Below, piece after piece: positions 12,782 through 27,346 of a stretch of DNA of 64,000 nt. Source of the stretch: Octopus vulgaris (taxonomy: Eukaryota). Each line of letters begins with the position of its first letter. Positions within the stretch are counted from its first letter, which is position 1. The stretch lies in NCBI GenBank assembly GCA_951406725.2, contig OX597820.1:57350001-57414000 (forward strand), read 5' to 3'. Below the pieces are notes generated by a model that was given only the letters and a program-made list of their open reading frames with translations, had not been told where the DNA came from and ran no database searches. The translations under genes and the position numbers were made by a program.

Positions 12782-13328
12782 GTGAAATAGAAAGATGAAT
12801 AATCTTGTAGTAGATTAATCAAAAGTTTAACCGATACCTTAGTAGCAAAAATCACAGCAGTAAAACAGCACGGTTGGAGGTACAAGTATGTATATGTATG
12901 TATATGTATGTATGTATGTACGTATGTATTTACACACACATACATATATCTAGCTATATACATGCATATATTCCATTTGTCCTATGAATGCATGGAAAAA
13001 AGTATGATGATAATTATATATATATATATAATGGACTCTCTTGTCATTAGACAATATATAGGGGTTCGGCAATTTCTTGCTGAACAGTCACACAGACGAT
13101 TGGCTTATAGTGATCAAATGTTTGTATACACATAAGCTCACTCCCTTCTCAAATTGACATTACCTGTTCAGGTGCAACAGGATGCCACATGTCAAATGAT
13201 GGAATGATTGCAGAGCAATGTGAAATGAAGTGCTTTGCTCAAGAACACAATGCAATGCCCGGTCTAGGAATTGAACCCACGATCTCACAATTATGAGTGT
13301 AACACCCTAACCACTAAACAATGTGTTA

Positions 13329-13366
<38 letters not shown>

Positions 13367-13445
13367 CCATCCATACATCCATCCATCCATCCATACATAC
13401 ATGCATACATGCATACATGCATACATACATACATACATACATACA

Positions 13446-13477
<32 letters not shown>

Positions 13478-13934
13478 GCTACAGAGACCATGCCAAATCT
13501 GACAGTAGAATTCAGTTCAGTCAAACAAATCAACCCATGACAGCATGGAAAAACAGACATTAAATAATGGTGATGATGATGTGTATACATAATTCATTTC
13601 CTTATGATTCGTGCAATGATGAGTAGTACAAGAACTACCAACTACCAGCATCCAATACCCCTACCATCATTCTCATCACTCTAATTTACCTGTTTTACCT
13701 CTCATAAATATATGTATAATAAACTTCATCAGACGTATTCAACACACTCTCTCTTAAACCCTTCTGCACTGCCAGACATCACTCACTCTCCCCTGGGCTG
13801 CTTCTAATATCATCCATTGCTTACTCTCACCATTATGCAACACTAAAATTACCCATCGTTCTCTCACCTTAATTGTTGCCTTTCTGCCGTTAGCCTCTTG
13901 CTCTTTCACTGACTCATCCTGGCTCTTCTGCTAT

Positions 13935-13984
<50 letters not shown>

Positions 13985-14801
13985 TCTTGTGTTAGGTTAT
14001 CATGAATTAGTATTAGTACATACATCTTAGAGAATAGTCTTTACTCTTACAGTGACAGTGTGTATAGCAAACCCCACTTGATGCAATGATAAACTGCATT
14101 AAATACATGTCCAACCCAGTGGAGGCACATGGCCTAGTGGTTAGAGCAGCAGACTCATGGTCGAGGGATTGCAGGTTCGAATCTCAGACCGGGCTATGTG
14201 TGTGTTTATGAGTGAAACACCTAAGCTCCATGTGGCTCCAGTAGAAGGTAATGGCAAACTTCTGCTGACTCTTTTGTCACAACTTCCTCTCACTCTTTCC
14301 TCCTGCATCTTGCAGCTCATCTGTGATGGACCGGCGACCCGTCCAGGTGGGGAACCTATATGCCAAGGAAACCAGGAAACTGACCCTTATAAGCCAGGCG
14401 TGGCGTGGCTCGAGAAGGAACAAGCAACTGTTCCTCCTAAAGGATGAAACAACAAACATCTCCAACTCATGCCAGCCTGGAAAACGGACGTTAATTGTTG
14501 AAAATGATGATGATGATGATGATGATGACATGCTTGCAGAAGTTAGTAAACCACTGAAGTTAGCAAAGAGTCAAGAGAACACTTTAGTTTTGTCTTGGCA
14601 AGACAGAACAACAGTATTAGAGATAAAAAAATACATTGAACACTTTGTAAAGATTTTTGATGATAGGAAGGACATCTAAGCCACAAATGAAATGTTCAAA
14701 ACATGGTCTTCTCATCAATCTAGGACTTCCGAATATAGATATTTGTAAACATATGTATGTGTGTGTATGTATATGTGTGTATGTATATTTATACACGTGT
14801 G

Positions 14802-14860
<59 letters not shown>

Positions 14861-15188
14861 GTGTATATACATATATATGTGTATATACATACATGTGTGT
14901 GTATGTACACACACATACATATATATGTGTATATACATACATGTTTGTGTATGTACACACGCATACATATATATATGTGTATATGAGAGTATGTGTGTGT
15001 GCATGTGTATTTCAATAATAAGAAATCATAATGACAAGGGAATAAACAATTATTCAACTTCATTGATTTCATTAGCTTATGGCTGTTTCAGCTTTAAGAT
15101 ACAATGCACTCATTGTTGAGCAGCTGTGTTACACCCTAAAGCATCACTGGAGCTTAAAAAATATATATATATTTCTGTATGTATGATT

Positions 15189-15219
<31 letters not shown>

Positions 15220-15269
15220 CACGTGTGTATGCATGTATGAACACATTTATATATTCTTTTCTTCTTTTT

Positions 15270-15531
15270 CATTTTTCCTTTGTTTCAGTCATTTGACTGC
15301 AGCTATGCTGGAGCACCACCTTTAGTCAAATAAATCAACCCCAGGACTTATTCTTTGTTAGCCTAGTACTTATTATATTGGTCTCTTTTGCCGAACCTGT
15401 TAAGTTACGAGGATGTCAAGCGATGGTGGGGCGGACCAACGGACACAAATACATACATACATTTATACATGTAAATAACAAAAGAAAGACAGAAGATGGA
15501 ATATTAAATATTTAGGTGCTTTCAGTGTGAG

Positions 15532-15597
<66 letters not shown>

Positions 15598-15835
15598 GTA
15601 TATATCATCATCATCGTTTAACGTCCATTTTCCATGCTTGTATGGGTTGGATGGATATATATATATATTTATATATATATCTATATATACAATGGGCTTC
15701 TTACAGTTTCTGTCTACCAATTCTACTCACAAAGCTCTGGTCGGCCCAAGACACTTGCCCAAGGTGCCATGCAGTGGGACTGAACCTGGAACCATGTGGT
15801 TGGGAAGCAAGCTGCTTACCACACAGCCACTCCTG
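15270..15835 (-). mobile_element. SINE type A, split by microsatellite and an RTE-SINE tail
   Basis: Tail at 15270-15430, head at 15690-15835. Confidence 0.75.
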
Positions 15836-16480
15836 TATCTGTATATATATTTACATACAAATGAGGGTGATATATTTGTGATATCATTTGTTAGTTCATA
15901 GAAAGAAATCATACAAGTGTAATGTGATTAATTAACCTTCACCACCAGTTTTAGTTTCTTGATATTAGTAGAATATGATTTTGATCTACATAACAAGGAC
16001 TTAAAGTCAATAGTTTTGTACCACACACTGAAAACACCCAAATACTTAATATTTACACAAAGCAAACTGAGTGTTTCTGGAAATTCAAAGCATCACATAT
16101 GGATGAGACAAAAATGAAGGAAAAGAAAGGGAGTTAAAAAAGGGATAGGAATTGAGAAGTCATATACAAGTTAAAGGTCATTAATAAGCATAACAAGATA
16201 ACCGGGAGGTGATTAAAGATTAAAGACGACCAATTTTGAATGACTTTGCCAGGTAGTACAATTAAGTTAGATATGGCCTGGGCCAATACTGGCTGAAACC
16301 TATTGAAATATCAAAGCATCAAGGACACAATTAGGACAAACCCACATGTCTATGATTAAACAAAAACCAGAAGCCTATCAGAAATTGCCATGAAAATTGC
16401 CATTTTATGCAGTTGCAATGGAACTGAGTTTCAAGTTGCAGTTGTATATCAAAAATATTCACATTTCAGGAGATAAAAGA

Positions 16481-16639
16481 GAGGAGTGGTTGTGTGGTAA
16501 GTAGCTTGCTTACCAACCATGTGGTTCCGGGTTCAGTCCTACTGTATGGCACCTTGGGCAAGTGTCTTCTACTATAGCCTCAGGCTGACCAAAACCTTGT
16601 GAGTGGAATTGGTAGATGGAAACTGAAAGAAGCCTGTCG

Positions 16640-16671
<32 letters not shown>

Positions 16672-16897
16672 CGTGTGTGTACATGTTTGTGTGTCTGTGT
16701 TTGTCCCCCCAACATTGCTTGACAACCGATGCTGGTGTGTTTACGTCCCCGTAACTTAGCAGTTCGACAAAAAGAGACCGATAGAATAAGTACTAGGCTT
16801 ACAAAAGAGTAAGTCCTGAGGTCGATTTGCTCGACTTAAGGTGGTGCTCCAGCATGGCCACAGTCTAATGACTGAGACATGTAAGAGTAAAAGAGTA
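16481..16897 (+). mobile_element. SINE type A, full length
   Basis: Collinear with 8098-8497. Confidence 0.9.
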
Positions 16898-17159
16898 TAA
16901 CTAAAAGTGATTTTTAGGATGATATAATTTCAGTATAGTTATACATACCTACATAGCCTTGTCAGCCATTTTCCATGCTGATATGGGTTGGATGGTTTTG
17001 ACTGGATCTGAGGGTTCCAAAGACCACATCTTGCTCCAATGTCAGCTTTGCCATGGTTTCTATGGCTGGTTGCTCTTCCTAATGTCAACCACATTACAGT
17101 GTACTGGGGCTTTTTTCTTGGCACTAGCACTAATGAGGTCATGATGCGGTTCATACAAC

Positions 17160-17625
17160 TAAGGCAAAGAGTGGGGCTATGTGAGAGAACAAAGTGGGAC
17201 TACGTGAGTGGGGCTACGTGAGAGAGAGCAAAGTGAGTGAGGGTTTGTGAAAGTGGGGCTGTGTGAGCAAACAAAGTGAGTAGAGGTACATGAGAGAGCA
17301 AAGTGGGTGGGACTATGTGAGTGGCACTACATGAGAGTGGGGCTATGTGAGTGGGGCTACGTGAGAGTGGGGCTATGTGAGAGAACAAAGTGAGACTATG
17401 CGAGTGGGGCTACATGAGAGAGCAAAGTGAGTGGGGCTCCGTGAGAGTGGGGCTATGTGAGCAAGCAAAGTGAGTAGAGGTACGTGAGAGAGCAAAGTAG
17501 GTGGGACTATGTGAGAGTGGGGCTATGTGAGTGGTACTATGTGAGAGAGCAAAGTGAATGGGGTTATGTGAGTGGGACTATATGAGCAAGCAAAGTGAGT
17601 GGGGCCATGTGAGAGAGCAAAGTGT
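17160..17625. repeat. G-rich minisatellite (GAGAGCAAAGTGAGTGGGGCTATGTGA variants)
   Basis: Scrambled tandem units of about 15-28 bp following an RTE-type SINE fragment (about 16960-17140). Confidence 0.85.
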
Positions 17626-18594
17626 CTTTATGCTAGAAGACGAGAAGTTAAAATATGAAACACATATTTTGCTATAGAGGAGCTACATAGCTGCTCATGG
17701 TATAAAAGTGTGGGTGGAGAGATAACTGTGTCAAGCTAAAAAGAGAAGTAAAATATCAGTGATGAGGTGTCAGAGTGGACCCTGAAGGTACAAGAAGGTG
17801 AAAAGAAGTTAATCAGAACAGAGATTAATAGAATAAGTACTCGGCTTACAAAGGGTAAGTCCTGGGGTTGATTCATTCAACTGAAAGGTGGTGCTCCAGC
17901 ATGGCTGCAGTCAAATGACTGAAACAAGTAAAAGAATAAAAGAATATATATATATATTTATTCATTTATTTATCATATGTGTTCCCCCCATCTGGACGGG
18001 ACGTCAGTCCATCGCAGCATTACTCAAGAAACAGGAAGAGAGACTGAGAGAAAGTTGTGTTGAAATAATACAACAGGGGTCGCCACCACCCCCTGCCGGA
18101 GCCTCGTGGAGCTTTTATGTGTTTTCACTCAATAAACACACACACTGCCTGGTCTGGGAATCGAAACCGCAATCCTCCAACCGTGAGTCTGCTGCCCTAA
18201 CCACTGGGCCATTGTGCCTTCACATACAAACACATGCACTGCACATAAATATCTTTGGTTTTACTAAAGGGAGAATTTAATTTGGATGCCATGTATATAC
18301 AATTTTCCTTATTAGTTGAATACCTCAGGAACTTTAGTAACATGGTGTTGTAGAATTTGATGTAAAAATTGAAACAAAATTTTGTTTACTGTTGTTTATA
18401 GCAGGCTTTATGTTCTTTAGCCATACATTACGGAATTCCCAGCTTAAAAACATATTATGGGTGTGTATGCATGTGATTCTGTGTATGTGTGTACAATTGT
18501 ACATACACAGACAGATAGATAGACGTGCACACACTCATGCACACAAACTATAGGATGGCTACAACTCATTTTCAAGTAATGTCAGCCATGTCTG

Positions 18595-18765
18595 GCAAGT
18601 TCACTGTCACCAATTCACTACAGAGAAAGTTCACTGTAATCAATTCACCAATTTTCTTTGTCAAAAAAAAGTTTTAGACTTTTAATGGTGAGATACTATG
18701 GAAAGATTTTCTTCATGGTGAACTTTTCCCATGGTGAAGTGATGGCAGTGAACTTATCTGTAATC
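18595..18765. mobile_element. Decayed foldback/MULE-like MITE
   Basis: Repeated TTCAC(T/C) motifs on the left mirrored by GGTGAA/GTGAAC motifs on the right. Confidence 0.45.
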
Positions 18766-19824
18766 AATGCCAACACTCGATAATTCTCTTAAACATGAAT
18801 AACGTGGATGTGGCTTTTCTGTATTTCTATGGACTTATACTCATTTGTGCAGATGTGGCAAGGATTGGTGCTTTGTTGCTGTATGTGTTACAATATTTTT
18901 TTGGTGAACCTTCATATGACAGTTTAGTAAGCTTCCTGAAGCATATTCTTACTCACAGTCCCTGCAAGAAAAGATGCCATATAAAGCATAGTTAACAATG
19001 TTGTTGTGTGTGTTTGTGTGTATGTGTGTGTTTATGCGTGCACGCGTGCATGCGTGCCTTCTCTGATGACTAAAGCCTGCCTTACTTAGACATGCCCACA
19101 CTCACTAAATGTTAAATTTGGCTGAACACCAACATACTCAGGCAAATTCACATCAAAGCCCTTATGAATATCTCCCATGAACTGTCATAATTTTGTTCAG
19201 ATTCCCTCCCTCATCATGCACTACTTTACCTTTCAATGAATGATGGAGAACAAGGTTTTCACTTTCCAAAATTTTTAACTTCTCCAGGGATTTCTTGATG
19301 CAGTCCTTATGTCTTAATTTCCTTTTTTGCATTACTTGTTTACCCTCAGCTAACTCACCCTATGTGTGTGTGTGTGTGTGTGTGTGTACATGTTTGAATA
19401 CGTATATAAGGGTAATGGGTAAAGACCCCCTTCGGTCATGAATGGCGATGGGATTGCACCTAGAAAGTTACCCTCTGAGGCACAAGTCTGAGCAAGGTCA
19501 TTTTATGGGAGAACCAGCAGTTGCCCATGCATACCAGCCATGCCACTGATGTTATCCAAGGGAAAGGTGAAGGCCAATACAGCTTGGCACCAGTGACATC
19601 GCAACTCATTTTTACACCTGAGTGAACTGGAGCAACGTGACATAAAGTGTCTTGCTCAAGAACACAACACACAAAATGGCCCAGGAATCGAACTCACTAC
19701 CTCCTGATTGTGAGCCTGATGCTCTAACCACTGAGCCATGTGCCTTCACTGTATATGTATATATGTATATGTACATAGGAATAGTTTATATGCAAGTAGC
19801 AATAAAGGCAAACGTGTAGTGCAG

Positions 19825-20030
19825 CAAGCTGGCAGAATGGTTAGCACACTGGGAAGAATGCTTAGCAGTATTTCGTCAATCTTTATGTCTTGAGTTCAAA
19901 TTCTGCTGGGGTCAACTTTGCCTATCATCTTTTTGGGGTCGATCGACTAAGTATCAGTTGAGCACTGGGGTTCATGTAAATTAACTTAACCCTCCCTGAT
20001 ATTGCAGACCAAAATTCAAAATCAATAAAT
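19825..20030 (+). mobile_element. SINE type B (Nin/Deu-domain), diverged
   Basis: GCTGGCAGAA..GAGTTCAAATTC..GGTCAACTTTGCCTATCATC..GGGGTCGAT. Other old copies at about 23630-23830, 27845-28020, 31250-31430, 32200-32370 and 39113-39320. Confidence 0.7.
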
Positions 20031-20388
20031 ATACATGTATTTGAGAGATAGAACAAGGTGGGGCGGGGAGAGGGTGGCTGAGAGAGAAAATGGTTGAGTG
20101 AGAAAGAAAGAAGGAACAAGTCTAACATAGGCTAGTGCTAATTTTCCAAAAAAATCGTCCCTCCGTTCTGCAAGTTCAATTCCCTTTTTAAATCAGTTCA
20201 CTTACTTTTCTTCATGTTTACTAATTGCTACATTTGTCCATAACCTCAAAGGTCATAGGTTTCTTCAGGCTGACATTGCTATAATGCACTTACATGAAAT
20301 CAAATTGTTACAGGTGAACCATAAAACCTAACAGGTCAATTTTTACAGGGTATATTCTAAAGGCATATGATGTTTAATACATACATAC

Positions 20389-20431
<43 letters not shown>

Positions 20432-22528
20432 GTATATATTTAATATATATATATATTTATGTATGTATGTATATGCATGTGTATGTATGTATATATATGT
20501 TTTACATACATATACATCAATACATATGTGTATATTTCCATAAATATATATGGATGTATAGTCTCTTTTTCTATATAATTAGTCATAAATAAGTAGATGA
20601 TAAAAAAAAATTTAAATTTAAAATAATTAATACAAAAGAAAACATACCCAAAGCTAATTTAATTAACGCTACTCCTGTCAGATTGCCACCAAAACTTTAA
20701 TTAACGACTCAAAACAAATGCGATAAATTCAAAATATCTCTTTTTATTTCTTTGTTTGTTGGTGTTGTTGGCACTGTTGTTGATGCTTCGTTATGATGTA
20801 AGAGGCAAAGTGGTAGGATGTAAAAAAAACAAAAATTTAAAAATATTCATGAAAAAGAATATATTTTTTTTGTCTTTTCTTTGTCAATTATTTTATTTGT
20901 TTGTTATTTATTTTTTGTTTGTCTTTCTATTGGTATTGTTAATGAAATCACACAAAACAAAATTACTTTATCCTTAATTTCATTTATGCTAACGAGGAAT
21001 AAAAAAAAATGAAATAAAAGATAATGATAATAATAAGAACAAAACAACAACAACAATATCAGTAATAACAACAGTGACAACTACATAAAGAAATAATAAT
21101 ATTAATAATAATAATAATAATAATAATAATGATAATAATGATGATGATGATGATATTGATGAGGATGATAATAATAATAGTAATGACAACAACAAGGATT
21201 CTGTTTACATTAGCATTAATAACAGTGATAGGAAAATGATAAAGAGTGAAAAGATGATTGTAACAACAACAATAACAACCAGAACAACTACAATAATAGC
21301 AAAAATAATGTTAATGATTTCTTTTATTGGCCACAAGGGTTCCAAGTTGTTAAGGACAGTGCAAAGCTGAAACAGAAAAGGAAAATGATAATACAGATGA
21401 ATATTTAAATTGATAGTAGTGATGATGATGATGGTGATGATGATGATGATGATGATGATGATGGTGTAGGTTTGAGTGATGAGGATGATAAGGTCAGTAA
21501 TGATGATAGCGAAGAAGGAGAAGAGGAAAAAGAAAAGATGAGGTTATTTCTTAATCATCTTTGTTTTAACAGTTAAGTTTGTTAAAGGTAGTGAAAAAAA
21601 TAGCAAAACAAATGTCTCGGAAAAAAACCCCAGCAAAACAAAAAAGAAAAAAACAATGAAGCAAAAAGATTATTCCAGAATTCATAATTATATTTCACAA
21701 AATTACTTCTTTGTTTTTTTACCCCACCTCCCCTTTCTCTCTGCCCCTTAATTTGTCTGCTAAGCCAAGTCAAGCTTTACTAACTTTCAGTACACAACCA
21801 TAAATGAAAGCATTTTTATGTTTATTTTTCTTTTTTGATTTTATTTATTTATTCTTATTTTTATCTGCCACCTTTACCATTAATTGCCATGATGTATTTT
21901 TAGAACTAGGGACTGGAAGTTTAATTCAAGTTTACTTTATTCTTTTTATTTGTTTCTGTTAAATATAATTTAGTTTTTAATATTTTAAATTGATAAAACT
22001 GACATGGGTTTTCATAAACCAAAATTAAGTGTAAAAAAAGAAAGATAAAATAAAAGAAGAAAATTATAAATTATATAAAATATATTTTAAATTGATGTTT
22101 AAATTTTAAAATGAAATTAAAATAGAAAAGAAATCGGTTTTAAAAAAATTTGTTCATTTTTGTAATAGTTTTCAGTCTCAGAATCTAATTCACAGTCTTC
22201 AAGTTATCTTGACTGTAAAAAAATTTTAAAAAGTGCATTACAGACAGACAGACAGACAGACACACACACACACAGACACACACACAAATCCACACACAAT
22301 AGCATCTAATGATGAAATGTAGTAGGTATATACAATAAGCACTGAGATTGGTTTACTGCTAAAACTCTGACTTGAACTGTGGCTGAAACAAAAGGAGTGT
22401 TGTAGCTGCTTAGCAATGAATGGCTATAAGTGGTTTATCAATGAACAGATAGATACATATTAGAAAGAAAGAATGGACATGCAAAACATGTGGTATCCTT
22501 TTAGAGCATACACACATACATATGTATA

Positions 22529-22570
<42 letters not shown>

Positions 22571-22576
<6 letters not shown>

Positions 22577-22747
22577 GAATATACAAAAACACAAAAGATG
22601 AAGATGGGTGTGTAAACAACAAACAGATGTATTAGTTTAATGCACAGGAAGTAAGAAAGTCTTTTACATTTCGAGCCTATGGTCTTCAACAGAAAGGAAC
22701 AGAGAAATAAACAGGGAGAGAAAATAAAAAAGGTTTAGTGGCTAGCG

Positions 22748-22750
<3 letters not shown>
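22571..22750 (-). mobile_element. Short (TA)n-inserted PLE-type repeat with minimal hammerhead-like motif (22661-22696)
   Basis: cttt-CTGTTGA-AGACC-ATAG-GCTC-GAAA-TG-TA-aaag. Relatives at about 9972-10075, 38027-38200 and 61845-62055. Confidence 0.65.
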
Positions 22751-22817
<67 letters not shown>

Positions 22818-22837
22818 ATATATATATATATATATAT

Positions 22838-23180
22838 AATCAAAATAAATAACAGCATATCAAGTAGTAATGCAGTACAACTGTTTCAGGTGGCTTCATT
22901 TAATTGAACAATGCAATCAATATATCGGTTCAAATGCAGTACTCAGACACTCTGCTACAATAGCGACAACATGAATTTCTTCCATCTTCTTACTCTGTTA
23001 AAATATTTAAGAAAAATTATATTAATGGGTCCTACTTGTAAAAAAATTCTGTATTTTGTGCAGCTGAAGATAGCACTGCATTTGAATTGATGTAATGACT
23101 GCATTGTTCAATTAAATGGAGCTGCTTGAAACGGTTGTACTGCATTACTACTTGATAGCCTATTATTTATTTTGATTTTA
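22838..23180 (+). mobile_element. PLE-type terminal repeat with inverted partial copy and hammerhead motif (23058-23145)
   Basis: gtgcag-CTGAAGA-long stem II-GAAAC-GGTT-GTA-ctgcat with 6-bp stem I. 22838-22940 is inverted relative to about 23075-23180. A further partial copy lies at about 62068-62160(-). Confidence 0.7.
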
Positions 23181-23383
23181 TTTATCTTACTTCAAGCTGT
23201 GCAGATAATATCGGACTGACTTGGTACTTCAACTTAAGTATCTAATTCAACTGAATCCTAATTATTTCTATATATATATATATTTGAGTAAGTGGCCAGA
23301 TGAAAGTGGCACTCAACACATCATCAGATATATTTTCTAGATATCTAATGAGATGGGTTTGTCCTATGAGCTGAGTCAAACTG

Positions 23384-23429
<46 letters not shown>

Positions 23430-23932
23430 CAATTTATTTATCACTTGAGTTTTAATTTGAACTTGAATCAAAATCTCATTAAAAACTGACATTCATATCA
23501 AAACAAACTCTTTTAAAATTTTTATTGAAGATTCAGACATGGAATTTTGATCCCAATCTTCAACTATCCTCATTGTTCTTTATGGAATCATTTCAATTTT
23601 TGTAATTAGAAATTCCAAAGTTGGTAGAGTTGCAGAATCAGTAGTATAAAGGATACAATGTCTTGTGTTTCTTTTTATTTTGAGTTCAAATTCCTTCTGA
23701 TCTGGATTTAATCTTTCCAGGGGTCTCTAAAATATCTGTGAGTTATGTACAGGGTAAAAAAGGGACAATCTAATGAGCTTAATTCAATCTCCTTGCTTTA
23801 GAATAATTAGCCTTGTACCTAATTAGATCAAGTTATCATTTGCCATATATTTACCAGAGAAACACTTCTGCAAGTGAAGGTGGACATTCCACCATACATC
23901 AAAAGATGTAGGATAGCGATGGTGGTGGTAAT

Positions 23933-24177
23933 CTTACTCTTTACTCTTTTACTTGTTTCAGTCATTTGACTGTGGCCATGCTGGAGCACCACCTTCAGTT
24001 GAAGAAATCGGCTCTAGGACTTATCCTTTGTAAGCCTGACATGGGTTTTCATAAACCAAAATTAAGTGTAAAAAAGAAAGATAAAATAAAAGAAGAAAAT
24101 TTACGGGGATGTAAACACTCCAGCATCGGTTGTCAAGCGATGTTAGGGGAACAAACACAGACACACAAACACACACC

Positions 24178-24217
<40 letters not shown>

Positions 24218-24355
24218 CATAAATACGACGAGCTTCTTTCAGTTTCCATCTACCAAATCCACTCACAAGGCTTTGGTCGGCCCAAGGCTATAGTAGAATA
24301 CACTTGCCCAAGGTGCCATGCAGTGGGACTGAACCCGGAACCATGTGGTTGGTAG
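23933..24355 (-). mobile_element. SINE type A with an internal foreign 66-bp insertion
   Basis: Collinear with the family except for 24036-24101. Confidence 0.85.
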
Positions 24356-24635
24356 CACATTTGGGAATTCTAAGAATGAGTGAGCTCTATTTGTACTCAT
24401 ATACGTTCTTAATAGAACATACCTCAACCTTATATATATGTATGTGTGTGTGTACGTATGTATATAGATATATATGTATACATATATATTTATATACATC
24501 ATTAGCTGGTCAAAACTTCGAAGTTGCTGTCAATGATATTCTTGTTTAGGAAAAGTAAATTTGTACTCTGCAAAAGTAGAGATTGACCCTTCAGATTAAT
24601 GTAAAATTGTTTTTATTATAACTGAACATAAAAAC

Positions 24636-24668
<33 letters not shown>

Positions 24669-25561
24669 CATACACACACACATGCACACACACATGCACA
24701 CATACATGCACACACACCCACACACACACATGTATGTATGTATGTATGTATGTGTGTATGTATGTTTGTAGAAGGCATAACAAAATAATATACATAATCA
24801 AAATAAGTTATGTGTTACTAATGTGATAAAGATATTTATTATATTTTTCATTTTCCATTTTTTCTGGGTTTTTTTTTTTGCACACTGCTCCGGAAGGATT
24901 TATTAGAATTCTGAAAAATGACATGCCCTCTTTGCAGTGCTTTTCAAAAATATGAATTTCCAATTTGCTCTCTGAACCATCTGATGGAATATCAAAATGG
25001 TTTTGACAAGCCTTTTTTCCCTTTTCATTCACGTAAAGCAGAAACCTAGAAGTGTCCCTGTCTCTCTTTTCAAGATCACGGCAATAGAGTAAGAGAGTTA
25101 AGTCACTCACTGAAGACTACACTGACAACTTTTCTCACCAGATGCAACCCCTCACACACATTCATGACTCCTGGACTGACATTATTCCAATCTGTACCTG
25201 CACACATTTACTTTATTTCATGATGAGACAAAAAACTAAAACCCATTTCTGTGTTTGTCACATTCTCTTTCCTGTTATGCTTTATCTCTTTTTGTTGCTG
25301 GGCAGAGTAGTTATCACTACATACACAAGCATGCACATACTGAAACACAAGTATGCATACACAAACACACACATGCATGCATACACATGCACATGCAAAC
25401 ACATGCACACACATGCACACCCACAAATGCATTCATATAAGCGCAAAAGACATCTGAATGCAGATATTTATGTTACTATATATGTTCATTAGTTCGTATC
25501 TTTTATATAAAATCCGTTCTGTCTGTCTGTGTGTGTGTCTTCTAGGATCTCGGGCATCCAC

Positions 25562-25680
25562 CAGAAATATCACAAAAACTGTTACTCAGAGTTTCATTCA
25601 AACAAAACTGTTCAACGAACAGGAATGTGAAACTCTGAGTAACAGTTTTTGTGATATTTCTGCTGCTTTTTAATAAAGTA
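25562..25680 (+). ncRNA. Degenerate hammerhead motif (25604-25649) preceded by an inverted partial copy
   Basis: aaaactgt-TCAACGA-aca-ggaa-tgt-GAAAC-TCTGA-GTA-acagtttt (8-bp stem I) then AATAAA; 25562-25596 is the reverse complement of 25628-25662. Confidence 0.6.
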
Positions 25681-25836
25681 TTTAAATATATATATATATA
25701 CAGGCACACACACACAAACACAAAATGCAAACACACACATTCACACATGCATACACAGAAACATGTTTATACAAATATATGTCCAACCCAAACCAGCGTG
25801 GGAAACAGATGTTAAATGGTGATAATAAGGATATGC

Positions 25837-25917
<81 letters not shown>

Positions 25918-25933
25918 CATATATATATATATA

Positions 25934-26065
<132 letters not shown>

Positions 26066-27093
26066 TATAGACACACACATATATATATGTGTGTGTGTGT
26101 ATGTATATATATATATATATATATATGTGAAGGCTTATGGCTTAGTGGTTAGGGTATAGCACTCATGACTGTGAGATCGTGGGTTCGATTCCCAGACTGG
26201 GCAGTGCGTTGTGTTCTTGAGCAAAGCACTTCATTTCATGTTGCTCTGTGATCATTTTGACACATGACATGTGACACCCAATTTCACATGTCGATTTGAT
26301 GGAGAGAGTGAGCTTATGTCTACACAAACATTTGATCCCTATAAACAAATCATCTGAGTGGTTGCTCGGTAGAAAATGATGGGATAGTCCATCATATATA
26401 TATATATATACTCATATGTATCTCTCTCAACCTCTCTCTCTATCTATCTATATATATATATACTCATATGTATCTCTCTCAACCTCTCTCTCTATCTATC
26501 TATCTATCTATACATACATACATGCACACACACACATGCGTGTACACACATACACACACACACATATATATGGTAGATGAGTTCAGCAAAAATTTAGATT
26601 CAGATGAATATGGTACTTAAGTTGAGGCACCAGAATTTAGTACGGTATTATCCATACAATTTGAAAATATTTTGATTTTATGCACATATATGTCTACATA
26701 AAGATATATGTATATGTGTGTATGTAGTTCTTTGTGTGTTTGTATGTGTCTGGGGGTGTCTGTGTGTGTGTATGTTTGTGTATGTGTTTAAAATTACATA
26801 TATATGTGTTTGTGAGCATACAAAATATCTTGCAACCATTTAAATCATCATGGGACATCTTACAAACTGTCAAAATGTATTGATTTCAAAAGTTTTTATT
26901 AGCTGGGAAAATACAAAATACATCTATTGGCATTATATAATAGCAAACACACACATATATGTGTATATATTGCATTGTAAACCTGGTTTTGTTCTAATTT
27001 AATCTATTTTATAAAAGTGGTTTTTTTTTTAATGGCTGCATAACAGACTTTTATTGAGTGTTTAGAATAAAAAATGTTCCCAACTTCAACTTT

Positions 27094-27330
27094 ATCAATG
27101 TTTCTAATCTATCTCAGCCTCATCTTCAGGATGTCGAGTGGTTTTCGGCTTTTGTGCTGCTCTCTTTATAGTTGGTGGCTTATTATTATACAGACCTTCC
27201 CACCAACCATTACTTTCTTACCTGATTTTGTCCATTCGAGCAAATCCAATGAGCATAAGTCATCAGATTTTTATTTGTAACATGTATATGCTGTACTTTA
27301 ATTGTGACATTGTGTCACAATATTCGTAAT
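27094..27330 (-). mobile_element. Old PLE 3' end with degenerate hammerhead (27094-27133)
   Basis: atc-CTGAAGA-..-GAAAC-ATT-gat on the minus strand; stem II poorly paired. Confidence 0.4.
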
Positions 27331-27346
27331 GTTTCCATGATCAATT

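Noticed and set aside
14157-14679. ORFs of 84-118 aa
   Set aside because: They span SINE sequence and a (GAT)n tail.
24808-25110. 100-aa minus-strand ORF with protein-like composition
   Set aside because: GTG start, no recognisable domain, runs through a poly-A tract; only the adjacent 87-nt exon candidate is kept, at low confidence.
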